A DNA stretch of 64,000 nt, from positions 58,313-122,312 of IMG/VR virus record IMGVR_UViG_3300020048_000042; one strand, 5' to 3'. The position numbers were made by a program, and so were the translations under genes. The stretch comes from a virus. Positions 1 to 8,140 of the stretch are shown here, piece after piece; position 1 is the stretch's first letter; each line of letters opens with the position of its first letter. The notes beneath the pieces were generated by a model. The model was not told the DNA's origin. It saw only the letters and a program-made list of their open reading frames with translations, and did not search any database.

Positions 1-1170
1 TCTTGTTTTGCATTAAAAAGCATAGTATTTCCATCAAATATGAATGTAAGTACTTTTGGTAATTGCTTTACTAGTTGCTCATCAATAGTATCAATTATAT
101 TACCAATAAATACACCTGCATTAACAAGTATGTCTTCTACTTTTGGATCATGCACTAATTTGACTTCAATAACATTACCTACTGTAGGTGGCTTAGGAAT
201 TAATTTTGATAGCACTTTTGCATCGTGTAGTAAGTTGCATACTATAAATATTCCAGCTGGTTATACTTTTACTACTTTAGCATCAGCATTTCAGAGTTGC
301 AGTAACTTAACAAATTTAAACTGGACTCCTGGTGTACAAAATTCTTTAACAACATTATCAAGTGCTTTTTCAAGTTGTTCATTATTAACGTCAGTTACCA
401 TGCCATCTAGCATGACAATTTTAGCTACTTTAACAAATGCTTTTGCTAATTGTAGTATGTTAAAGACAATTGCATTTCCTGCATCATTGAATGCTGTAAC
501 TGCAGCTAACGCATTATTTGCAAGTTGTAACAATTTGACTTCAGTTACTATGCCTACATCAATGAGTTTAAATGTTAACTTCGCAGGTGCATTTTCAGGA
601 TGTACTTCTATAACGTCTATTACGTTGCCAAATATAGTATCATCAACTTTTTTTAATTTTTCACAAACTTTTAACGCTTGCAATTCTTTAAAAACTGTAG
701 TATTACCAGGATCTGCTCAACTAAGCCTTGTAACGTCAATAGACACTATGTTTCAAAACTGCTCTAATTTAGTTACAATAACAAATTTTGATAAAATTGG
801 ATCATTAACAGCTACACCTTTAATTAATGGTAGTAATATGATTCGCAATAGATTCACATCTATTTCATTTGTAGGTCCATATTCTATACTTTTACTTAAT
901 GGATCACCAATAACTACAGGAAGAACAGATGTTCAATCTGTAAGATTACTGAACACATCAGCAGGGCAATGGACAGGAGGTTCTCCTCAAATTAACGTTT
1001 CTTATACTAATATGTCTACTGCAAACCTAGTACAATTGTTTAATGATATGGCTGCACAAGGAGCAGTTGTATCTAAGACAATAAATATTACAGGAGCGGT
1101 AGGAGCGGCAGGATTAACTGCTTCAAACAGATTGATAATTACATCTCAGGGATGGACAATAACAGGATAA
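1..1170 (+). CDS. BspA-like leucine-rich-repeat protein, probable tail fibre/receptor-binding protein (5'-truncated by window edge)
   Basis: Frame is open from base 1; ~24-aa repeats of LxxLxxAFxxCxxLxxxxxP type (e.g. LTTLSSAFSSCSLLTSVTMP); C-terminal cap ending IITSQGWTITG. Confidence 0.75.
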   Translation, partial: SCFALKSIVFPSNMNVSTFGNCFTSCSSIVSIILPINTPALTSMSSTFGSCTNLTSITLPTVGGLGINFDSTFASCSKLHTINIPAGYTFTTLASAFQSCSNLTNLNWTPGVQNSLTTLSSAFSSCSLLTSVTMPSSMTILATLTNAFANCSMLKTIAFPASLNAVTAANALFASCNNLTSVTMPTSMSLNVNFAGAFSGCTSITSITLPNIVSSTFFNFSQTFNACNSLKTVVLPGSAQLSLVTSIDTMFQNCSNLVTITNFDKIGSLTATPLINGSNMIRNRFTSISFVGPYSILLLNGSPITTGRTDVQSVRLLNTSAGQWTGGSPQINVSYTNMSTANLVQLFNDMAAQGAVVSKTINITGAVGAAGLTASNRLIITSQGWTITG

Positions 1171-1172
1171 TC

Positions 1173-1337
1173 ATGGAAGATACAGCAGGATTTTACAAAT
1201 TAAATGAGATAGGTGAGTGGGAATTTGCCCCAAATTTTGTGTATGCACCAACATATACATTATTAAAAGAAGATAAAGATACCTATACATATCCTGTAGA
1301 TGGATGGACATGGTATGATGTAGCACCTCAAGCATAA
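1173..1337 (+). CDS. small protein downstream of fibre gene (possible fibre assembly chaperone)
   Basis: ATG 2 nt after the LRR gene stop (MEDTAGFYK...DGWTWYD); followed by terminator. Confidence 0.55.
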   Translation: MEDTAGFYKLNEIGEWEFAPNFVYAPTYTLLKEDKDTYTYPVDGWTWYDVAPQA

Positions 1338-1339
1338 AT

Positions 1340-1369
1340 AAAAAAAGGGGAGTGTTAATTCTCCCCTTT
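1340..1369. terminator. bidirectional intrinsic terminator
   Basis: A-run + AAAGGGGAG-N8-CTCCCCTTT hairpin between convergent genes. Confidence 0.75.
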
Positions 1370-1633
1370 GTGTAAGTTGTCATAGATCTCTTTCTCAGAA
1401 GTACTAAGATCATTATAGTGATACACTGGCTCGTGTAACATTTCATCTTCAGTTTCATAATATGCTTCAGACTTGTGGCCTAACTTATTCCAATTCTTTT
1501 GCGCAATATATGATGCAAAATTCTTGGTTAGGTATCCTAAGCTTATTCCTGTAACTTGATGAATGTCATTTAGTGCGTATCCTTTTTTAAGTAGCTTTAA
1601 AACTTCTAGTTCATTTCCATTAGTTTTACTCAT
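1355..1633 (-). CDS. hypothetical protein, HTH-like N-terminus
   Basis: 92-aa ORF overlapping upstream stop (ATGA); VLKLLKKGYALNDIHQVTGISLGYL resembles a helix-turn-helix. Confidence 0.55.
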   Translation of the reverse strand: MSKTNGNELEVLKLLKKGYALNDIHQVTGISLGYLTKNFASYIAQKNWNKLGHKSEAYYETEDEMLHEPVYHYNDLSTSEKEIYDNLHKGEN

Positions 1634-2241
1634 GGTCCAAAATAATGATAACCTTCTGCATTTGTATCATGGTCATTGCCTTCTACAATATTCCAACACA
1701 TAGTACCAAGACCAGAGACAGTTTGTTTATTCTTGTCATCTTTCTTAATAAAGTATTTGGAACTTTGCATGTAGGTATATTCACCTGATTCTCTATATGC
1801 ATCAGTGTATTGTTCTGTTGCTTGATGAACAAGCTCCCAGGTGTACTCAGGATACTCACTAAAGAACCAAACAAATCTGTCATAAAGTTCTTTAGGATTT
1901 GTCCTAAATGCAATGGTTGAATCAGGACGTCTCCCTTTTGGAAACATCTCGTTAAATTTGACAATGTGTTCCTCCCATTCTTCAAAAGGAACTTTCTTTT
2001 TTGCTACTGCTACCTTGCTTAAAATCTTCTCAGCATTTCTCACAACACCACTACCAGTAGTTGTAATTGTATAAACGCCATCACCATCATCTTTTAGGTA
2101 TCCTGCAAGAGTAAGTCTGTATTGCTCACTCCTGATGTTTACATAATTTGTATGATAGTATTTATTAAAGGTAGCATGAAGCACGTAATAGCCATTAGGG
2201 CTAACATTATGTTTAGCCAGATAATCAAAAAACTCTTTCAT
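1630..2241 (-). CDS. hypothetical phage protein
   Basis: 203-aa ORF tightly packed in the minus-strand operon. Confidence 0.65.
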   Translation of the reverse strand: MKEFFDYLAKHNVSPNGYYVLHATFNKYYHTNYVNIRSEQYRLTLAGYLKDDGDGVYTITTTGSGVVRNAEKILSKVAVAKKKVPFEEWEEHIVKFNEMFPKGRRPDSTIAFRTNPKELYDRFVWFFSEYPEYTWELVHQATEQYTDAYRESGEYTYMQSSKYFIKKDDKNKQTVSGLGTMCWNIVEGNDHDTNAEGYHYFGP

Positions 2242-2244
2242 GCT

Positions 2245-2496
2245 TTAGTTTAAAATTGTTTCGTATTTCTTTTCTTTTGCTTCTTCAGCGACACCATCTA
2301 GTGGTATAAATCTATCAGCTCTGTATCCAACCCAAGGTAAACCATATTGAGTTTTTCCTTCGTTTTGAACAGCATGGATAAAATAGACAACTTGATCAAA
2401 ATTATTTACAAACTTTGATATTACGTCATAAACTTGACCTTCTTTTACATCAGCTCCAGGCGGTAGCTTTTCTGCGTTAATACACAATACTCTCAT
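2245..2496 (-). CDS. hypothetical protein (small beta-barrel-like, YRADRF motif)
   Basis: 83-aa ORF in operon. Confidence 0.6.
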   Translation of the reverse strand: MRVLCINAEKLPPGADVKEGQVYDVISKFVNNFDQVVYFIHAVQNEGKTQYGLPWVGYRADRFIPLDGVAEEAKEKKYETILN

Positions 2497-2507
2497 GGTT
2501 ACAAAAA

Positions 2508-2537
2508 TAAAGGGCTGCTTTTTACACAGCCCTTATT
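2508..2537 (-). terminator. intrinsic terminator after nrdJ
   Basis: AAGGGCTG/CAGCCCTT inverted repeat with A-run on the plus strand. Confidence 0.6.
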
Positions 2538-2539
2538 GT

Positions 2540-4447
2540 TTATCTTACAGGACAAGCTCCTCCTTCACAGTCTGCAATATCCATATCTTCTAAATTGATA
2601 GTTTCATCAAAAGCTGATATGGTAATAACATCCTTAGAAAGTTTGTGGAACATTTCTTCAGTAATTTCTTCCAATGGTGCTTGGTCAAAACCATGCTCAT
2701 TATGAAGTAAGAAAGATACTGATTTTACATTAAAGTAGTTAGCTGCTAACCACTCTTTGATTTCATTAAGTTCAGTTTTACGATAGTAAATTGTAACTGA
2801 AACTGCATTGTCAGACCATTCTGTTTGAAGACGTTTGATTACATTCAACTGATCAACAGCTGTCATGTCATTTGCCAATAGTGTTCCTTTTGGAAACTTG
2901 CATGGAAAAGACACAATAATTGTACTGTGATCTTCAGTGCTATCAAAGTTTCTTTGGTATTCTATAGGGTATCCATTCTTTCTACACACATTCACAATAG
3001 GGCTGTCAGAAGCCATACGAATTCTGCGAATGTAATATTGAGAGTATGCTGGATGTGCACCTGATGTAACACCTGCTAACAAACTAAGAGTCCCTGATGG
3101 CTTAACAGTTGTAAGTTTTATTGATGGATTGAATCCTTTTGCTTTACTGTATTCAGTATCATAACTTCTTAGGTAATTGTAACAGTCTGAAAGCCAAGTT
3201 CTTTGTTCTTCTGTTGCCTGTAAGTATCCTGTAACGCCAATTCCCATTCTCATGTTCTTGTGTACAATCTCTTCAGTTTCCTTCACTGAACATTTGATAG
3301 CTAATGAATGCTTATTAATTCTGTAAAGAAGAGTAGCGACTTTCAATAGCTCTTTGTAAGAGTCAATGTTTGGAAGATAGATTTCAGCAAGACAGCATGT
3401 CTCAAAGTTTGCAAGCGATTGTTCAGCACAAGGATTAAAGCCCATTACTTCAGGATCAGGATACTCTATTTCACCTGTTCTACCCATACGTCTTGATGCT
3501 TCAAGGTTAATTAAACCATAAGGTTCACCATTACCCTTGTATCCTTCCCAAAATTCTTCTGGTAACTTTGATATGTCATCACATATAACAGAGTTATTAC
3601 TCATTGCACGCCAGTTAGGAATTCCTCCAAGGTCCCAACGTTTTGCACGTAGAAACTCAAAGTCATCATAATCACCAAGTGCAATCTGTGCTGAACGTCT
3701 AACGTTACCTGCAACTACAATACGTCCAATGATGTTCATGATGTCAAGACAATCAATTGATCTTACTCTTTTGCCAGCTCTAGCATTTAGTATAGTATTG
3801 ATTTCTTCAATTCCCCATACTAAATCTTGTGGACCTGACGCTGTACCACCAAAACCTTTGATGGGAGAACCTTTTGATCTTATAAGATGACATGCATAAG
3901 TAAATCCTTCACCTGTAATGAAAGATGCTTCAAGAACGCGACGCATAAGTTCAACCCATCCTTCTCTTGAATCAGGTACAATGAAATCAGCATCATTTAC
4001 ATCTTTGCGTTCAATCTTTACTTTCTTTAATACTTTTGGAATTTGGTACACATGTTCACGTTGAATGTTAAAACCTACACCAGAACCTAGCATAAGCATT
4101 TCAAATGCCCAAGTAAATGGTCTGATAGGTTGATCACAAACAACAAAGGCACAGTTCTGCAATGATGGAAGTCCTAATCTGTCAACAGTTTTTGTACCTA
4201 ACTGCCACAAGAATCTTCCTGCTACTGTACCTTTTAAATTTGTCATTGTGTAACGAAGTGCTTCTTCATCTTCAGAAGTAAAGCCAACGTTTAATTGAGT
4301 TCTACAAGACTCAATCACTCTTTCAATAGTTTCATGCCACTCTTCAGTTTTCCCATTTTTAGTAGGTCTAGAGTAGGTTCTTTTATAGGTAACGTAACCT
4401 ACAGGCCCCCAAGGAATAATGGTGGGGGTAACATTTGTTTCTGTCAT
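2540..4447 (-). CDS. nrdJ: class II (adenosylcobalamin-dependent) ribonucleoside-triphosphate reductase, monomeric type
   Basis: YKRTYSR, GGRFLW-like AGRFLWQLG, GNVRRSAQI, GFNPCAEQSL (finger-loop N-C-E), TTVKPSGTLS, C-terminal DCEGGACPVR redox pair. Confidence 0.93.
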   Translation of the reverse strand: MTETNVTPTIIPWGPVGYVTYKRTYSRPTKNGKTEEWHETIERVIESCRTQLNVGFTSEDEEALRYTMTNLKGTVAGRFLWQLGTKTVDRLGLPSLQNCAFVVCDQPIRPFTWAFEMLMLGSGVGFNIQREHVYQIPKVLKKVKIERKDVNDADFIVPDSREGWVELMRRVLEASFITGEGFTYACHLIRSKGSPIKGFGGTASGPQDLVWGIEEINTILNARAGKRVRSIDCLDIMNIIGRIVVAGNVRRSAQIALGDYDDFEFLRAKRWDLGGIPNWRAMSNNSVICDDISKLPEEFWEGYKGNGEPYGLINLEASRRMGRTGEIEYPDPEVMGFNPCAEQSLANFETCCLAEIYLPNIDSYKELLKVATLLYRINKHSLAIKCSVKETEEIVHKNMRMGIGVTGYLQATEEQRTWLSDCYNYLRSYDTEYSKAKGFNPSIKLTTVKPSGTLSLLAGVTSGAHPAYSQYYIRRIRMASDSPIVNVCRKNGYPIEYQRNFDSTEDHSTIIVSFPCKFPKGTLLANDMTAVDQLNVIKRLQTEWSDNAVSVTIYYRKTELNEIKEWLAANYFNVKSVSFLLHNEHGFDQAPLEEITEEMFHKLSKDVITISAFDETINLEDMDIADCEGGACPVR

Positions 4448-4614
4448 AATTTAAAAATTGAGGATTAATATTTTTTTTGTGAAGGGCAACAAATATCGTA
4501 ATTTTTCATTTGTGTTGCACTATGGAATAAAACTTTTTTCACTTTATTTCAAAAGTTAAATATAATTCAGATATTTGTGGTATATTATATTGAGGACAGT
4601 GGAGTACAAACTAA

Positions 4615-5127
4615 TTGAACATGAAGAAATTATTTGTACTCATTATTTTATTAGTGCTTACAAGCACATCTTGCGATCTTGCAAAGCGTTTCCAAAAACG
4701 CATTGATAAGTATTGCCCACTTTGTCCTACAAAAGATTCTACAGTAACAGTAATTGAGTATAGAGACAGCTTGATAAAAGTACCAGGTGATACTACAACA
4801 ATTATAGACAGTCTGTACTGCGACTCATTAGGCAATGTTCTCTCAATAAGATTGTCAGAAAAAGAAGGTGAAATCACTAATCTAATTAACAAACTCAAGA
4901 ACAACAAACTCACAACGACAGCCATTGTCAAGACACAATATGTGAATGTTCCAGGAGTAACAATAGTAAAAACACGCGACATTATAAAAACACTTCCTGC
5001 AAAACAGGTTAAGTATGTTCCATGGTGGATCAATTTCTTAGCTGTTCTTGGAGGAATTACTTTTGTTTTTATACTATTTTATATTATATACAAATTAACT
5101 CTTGGAAAATGGACACAACGTTTTTAA
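4615..5127 (+). CDS. lysis lipoprotein, unimolecular-spanin-like topology
   Basis: Signal peptide II ending LTSTS-C, beta-rich middle, C-terminal TM helix (WWINFLAVLGGITFVFILFYII); first gene of lysis cassette. Confidence 0.6.
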   Translation: MNMKKLFVLIILLVLTSTSCDLAKRFQKRIDKYCPLCPTKDSTVTVIEYRDSLIKVPGDTTTIIDSLYCDSLGNVLSIRLSEKEGEITNLINKLKNNKLTTTAIVKTQYVNVPGVTIVKTRDIIKTLPAKQVKYVPWWINFLAVLGGITFVFILFYIIYKLTLGKWTQRF

Positions 5128-5408
5128 CTATTTCTATTTTTGTGGCCAGTACAGTTTTAACAGTACTTGGATTCTTTCTCAGAACAGTCTATCTGGATGC
5201 ACGAAAAGACATTGAACTCCTTATGGAAAATGATCACAAACGAACAGAAGAAATTGGCAAGCTTAAAGGAAAAATTGATCTTGTACAAGTTGAAAACCAA
5301 TTAAAGTATCAAGCGATACAAGAGTTGACACAGCTAGAGATAAAAAATCTAGCTAAAAATGTTGCAGATTTGTCTACTGCAGTAAAAGAGTTAATAATGA
5401 ACAGATAA
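5109..5408 (+). CDS. holin/antiholin-like membrane protein with coiled-coil tail
   Basis: Likely start ATG 5109 (MDTTFLTISIFVASTVLTVLGFFL, one TM) then heptad-rich segment; directly upstream of endolysin. Confidence 0.55.
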   Translation: MDTTFLTISIFVASTVLTVLGFFLRTVYLDARKDIELLMENDHKRTEEIGKLKGKIDLVQVENQLKYQAIQELTQLEIKNLAKNVADLSTAVKELIMNR

Positions 5409-5412
5409 TTAT

Positions 5413-6099
5413 ATGAGCACACTTGACTTATCAAAAATCAAACAGGTTCCATTAAAAGAATCTCAGTACTTAAAAGAAGAAGTAAAGAAACTACAGATTG
5501 TGTTACATCACACTGCTGGTAATTCTTCTGCACCTGCAACAATTAAGATGTGGGACGCTGACGACAGAGGTCGTATAGCAACATGTATTGTAATTTCTGG
5601 TAAGGGTCTTTCAAAAGGCACGTTTGATGGTGAAATTTGTCAAGCATTTTCATCTAAGCATTGGGCTTATCATTTAGGCCTTAAACAAGATGTCTTTAGA
5701 TCACTTGGTGTTCCTTATCGCTCACTTGATCCATTGTGTGTTGCAATTGAAATCTGCAACTGGGGACCATTGACAAACAAGAATGGCAAATACTTTAACT
5801 ATGTAAATAGAGAAGTACCTGTTGATCAAGTTTGTGAGTTGTCTGTTCCATACAAAGGTCACAAATACTATCACGCATATACAGATGCACAAATTGAATC
5901 AGTACGTCAATTATTGATATACTGGAACAAAGTGCATGGCATTCCACTTGACTATAATGAAAAAGACATGTGGAATATTTCTGCAAATGCTCTTAAAGCT
6001 GTGCCAGGAGTATACACTCATAATTCTTACAGAAAAGATAAGAGTGATATTTCTCCACAACCAAAAATGATTGCAATGTTAAAATCCCTAAAATCATAA
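5413..6099 (+). CDS. endolysin, N-acetylmuramoyl-L-alanine amidase (Amidase_2)
   Basis: IVLHHTAG Zn-binding motif, AYHLG, IEICNWG, YTDAQIES, GVYTHNSYRKDKSD. Confidence 0.88.
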   Translation: MSTLDLSKIKQVPLKESQYLKEEVKKLQIVLHHTAGNSSAPATIKMWDADDRGRIATCIVISGKGLSKGTFDGEICQAFSSKHWAYHLGLKQDVFRSLGVPYRSLDPLCVAIEICNWGPLTNKNGKYFNYVNREVPVDQVCELSVPYKGHKYYHAYTDAQIESVRQLLIYWNKVHGIPLDYNEKDMWNISANALKAVPGVYTHNSYRKDKSDISPQPKMIAMLKSLKS

Positions 6100-6101
6100 C
6101 C

Positions 6102-6287
6102 ATGAACAAATTACAAATCTTAGGTGTCGCAAGACACATTCTAACATTTCTAGGAGGTATTCTAGTTGTTAAAGGAGCTATTGATGAGTCAACAGTAAAC
6201 GAAATTGTTGGTTCTTTAATCACACTAGCTGGTCTTATCTGGTCAGTTACTGATAAAAAACCAAAGAAAGATGGCAGCGAAGGGTAA
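6102..6287 (+). CDS. small two-TM holin
   Basis: RHILTFLGGILVVKG...IVGSLITLAGLIWS plus basic C-terminus; follows endolysin. Confidence 0.7.
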   Translation: MNKLQILGVARHILTFLGGILVVKGAIDESTVNEIVGSLITLAGLIWSVTDKKPKKDGSEG

Positions 6288-6414
6288 CTCTACAGCAGCC
6301 AAATTAGTGAAGAGACAAGAAGTATCTAGACCTGGAGTTCACGCTAAAACGAAAACATCCAGATCTAAAACTTCAAAAAATTATCGCAAGTGCTACAAAG
6401 GGCAAGGGCGATAA
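6271..6414 (+). CDS. 47-aa highly basic peptide ending YKGQGR (below ORF-track cutoff)
   Basis: ATG 6271 to TAA 6414: MAAKGNSTAAKLVKRQEVSRPGVHAKTKTSRSKTSKNYRKCYKGQGR. Confidence 0.6.
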   Translation: MAAKGNSTAAKLVKRQEVSRPGVHAKTKTSRSKTSKNYRKCYKGQGR

Positions 6415-6464
6415 AAGATGCAACTATGCTTCGTGTTTAGTTGGTTTTTCTTCTTCTGTTCAAG

Positions 6465-6492
6465 AGTCCCTCACGAAAGTGGGGGATTTTTT
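6465..6492 (+). terminator. intrinsic terminator closing lysis cassette
   Basis: TCCCTCAC-GAAA-GTGGGGGA hairpin followed by T6. Confidence 0.85.
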
Positions 6493-7198
6493 ATTTCAAC
6501 CTATACACTTTACAAAACTTTGCAACTTCTTTAACAAGGTCATATAGTGAACCTTTATTACTGATTGTATAATCAAACTTGTAATCGTCAAGCGACGTCT
6601 CAGAAGCATGAGTACCTGTGTCCATACCTCTATCAATTCTAACTACAATACCACCAAGCTTTTTAATTGCGTCTGCCTCATTCTGAAACCTGACATCTGT
6701 AATTAACCATTTGCTTGATGCAGGATCAAAGTCAGAAAAGAGAGCATTGACCCATACATTCTCATGCAAGTTATTACGCAGTCCTTCAGTGCCAAGCTTT
6801 TGAAGAAACTCTCTCACAGACATCAAGTTGTTAAACTTGACATCTGCAAAAGGTGGAATGGCATTTAAAGGATTGTCTCTGACAGTTCCCCACTCTTCTC
6901 CAAGAAGACTTTTTTTAAATTCTTGACTTTCAAAGTTGACTTTTGGAATTCCAGTAAGGATTTCTGCAATCTGCTTTAACTTGTCAGCGTACTTTTTGAC
7001 TTCCCAGTGCTTATCGCGCATCTCAAATGTTGCCATTACACGTGAGTCACTAACTACTCGTGCAACTTGTTCTTCATTTAGGTGACTTACTGCTTGCATT
7101 AATTGAATAATACCACCAACAGTGTCTTTGCCTGATCCAATCTTGCCAGAGATTCCAATGATCTGTGTTTTTAACAAGGTTTCTTTTCCTTTTCCCAT
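6491..7198 (-). CDS. deoxynucleoside monophosphate kinase
   Basis: IIGISGKIGSGKD P-loop, YADKLK, REFLQKLGTE, ITDVRFQNE, HASE motifs. Confidence 0.88.
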   Translation of the reverse strand: MGKGKETLLKTQIIGISGKIGSGKDTVGGIIQLMQAVSHLNEEQVARVVSDSRVMATFEMRDKHWEVKKYADKLKQIAEILTGIPKVNFESQEFKKSLLGEEWGTVRDNPLNAIPPFADVKFNNLMSVREFLQKLGTEGLRNNLHENVWVNALFSDFDPASSKWLITDVRFQNEADAIKKLGGIVVRIDRGMDTGTHASETSLDDYKFDYTISNKGSLYDLVKEVAKFCKVYRLK

Positions 7199-7344
7199 TC
7201 TTTTTTACGTTTTTCTAGTGTATCTAATCCAATAGAGATATTGTATCTCAGTTTTAGATAGCGTTGTAATAACTCTAACTTGTTGATGTTTGTTTTTCTT
7301 ATCATAACTATACAATAAGAAGCTTTAATGATGTCAAAAATCAT
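7171..7344 (-). CDS. small hypothetical protein
   Basis: Probable start at ATG 7344 (MIFDIIKASY...) just after upstream stop. Confidence 0.45.
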   Translation of the reverse strand: MIFDIIKASYCIVMIRKTNINKLELLQRYLKLRYNISIGLDTLEKRKKEWEKEKKPC

Positions 7345-7354
7345 AACGTGAGGT

Positions 7355-8140
7355 TTAAAAAGGATTATCCACTTCATCTGCATATTCAATTGCTTCTACA
7401 GCAATAACTTCATGTTCTAAATCAAGTATGTTTGAGAATACTTCATGCACTTTTGTCTGATGATCCATCCAATCAGATGGGTGTGCATCTTTTAGTGACA
7501 ATGTAATGTGATTATACAAAGCCCATGCAGAGTCTGTATCAACTTTATAGTCAAATGTAGGCTTGTCTAACTCTTTTCGTACAGTGTTCAACTGCATTGT
7601 GTTTAAGATGTCTTTCTTAAAGAACAACTCACCAATAATATCATGTTGTACTGTACTAGATAATAGGATTCCTTTCATTTCGTTTTTGTGTTCTACCAAT
7701 GACTTCCAATATTCATCTGCGTCATTGATAAAGTCTGAGATTTTACCCTCAGCTAAGATGTCAGCAGCTCCTTTGTGAACTCTTTTGTAAGCTCCAAATT
7801 TGCTGTTATTAAGCATCATACCATTCATACAAACTTTTACTAAGCCTCCTAGATTAAATCTGAAGGCAAACTGTTTGTTGTATGAGTTGGTAAAGTTTGC
7901 TGCAAGTTCAATATCTGGATCTGACTTGTAGTTCATTCTCAATGTACCAAGAGCAACTTGGCCATCGTTTGAACATCTGTAGTCTTCACCTGTGATAATA
8001 AACCCAGCATTTGTAATCTCACTTCTCACACGATTGATGACACTTGCATGTGATATTGGTGTATATGTTTCTGTTTTTTCTGGCAATGCTGTAGATAACA
8101 TTTTACTATACGCGTTCATGCCATTTAATGTTCTTTTCAT
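7355..8140 (-). CDS. DUF932/DUF945-like protein
   Basis: TYTPISH, NSYNKQFAFRFNLG, VKVCMNGM, WALYNHIT pattern. Confidence 0.7.
   Translation of the reverse strand: MKRTLNGMNAYSKMLSTALPEKTETYTPISHASVINRVRSEITNAGFIITGEDYRCSNDGQVALGTLRMNYKSDPDIELAANFTNSYNKQFAFRFNLGGLVKVCMNGMMLNNSKFGAYKRVHKGAADILAEGKISDFINDADEYWKSLVEHKNEMKGILLSSTVQHDIIGELFFKKDILNTMQLNTVRKELDKPTFDYKVDTDSAWALYNHITLSLKDAHPSDWMDHQTKVHEVFSNILDLEHEVIAVEAIEYADEVDNPF

Noticed and set aside
291-683. 130-aa antisense ORF, and similar shadow ORFs (4611-5033, 43345-43746, 53784-54152, 56357-56719, 58709-59146)
   Set aside because: They lie opposite well-supported genes and reflect codon bias of the sense gene; no independent motifs or start context
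1-1170. Diversity-generating retroelement targeting the LRR fibre
   Set aside because: No reverse transcriptase and no template/variable repeat pair differing at adenines in this window
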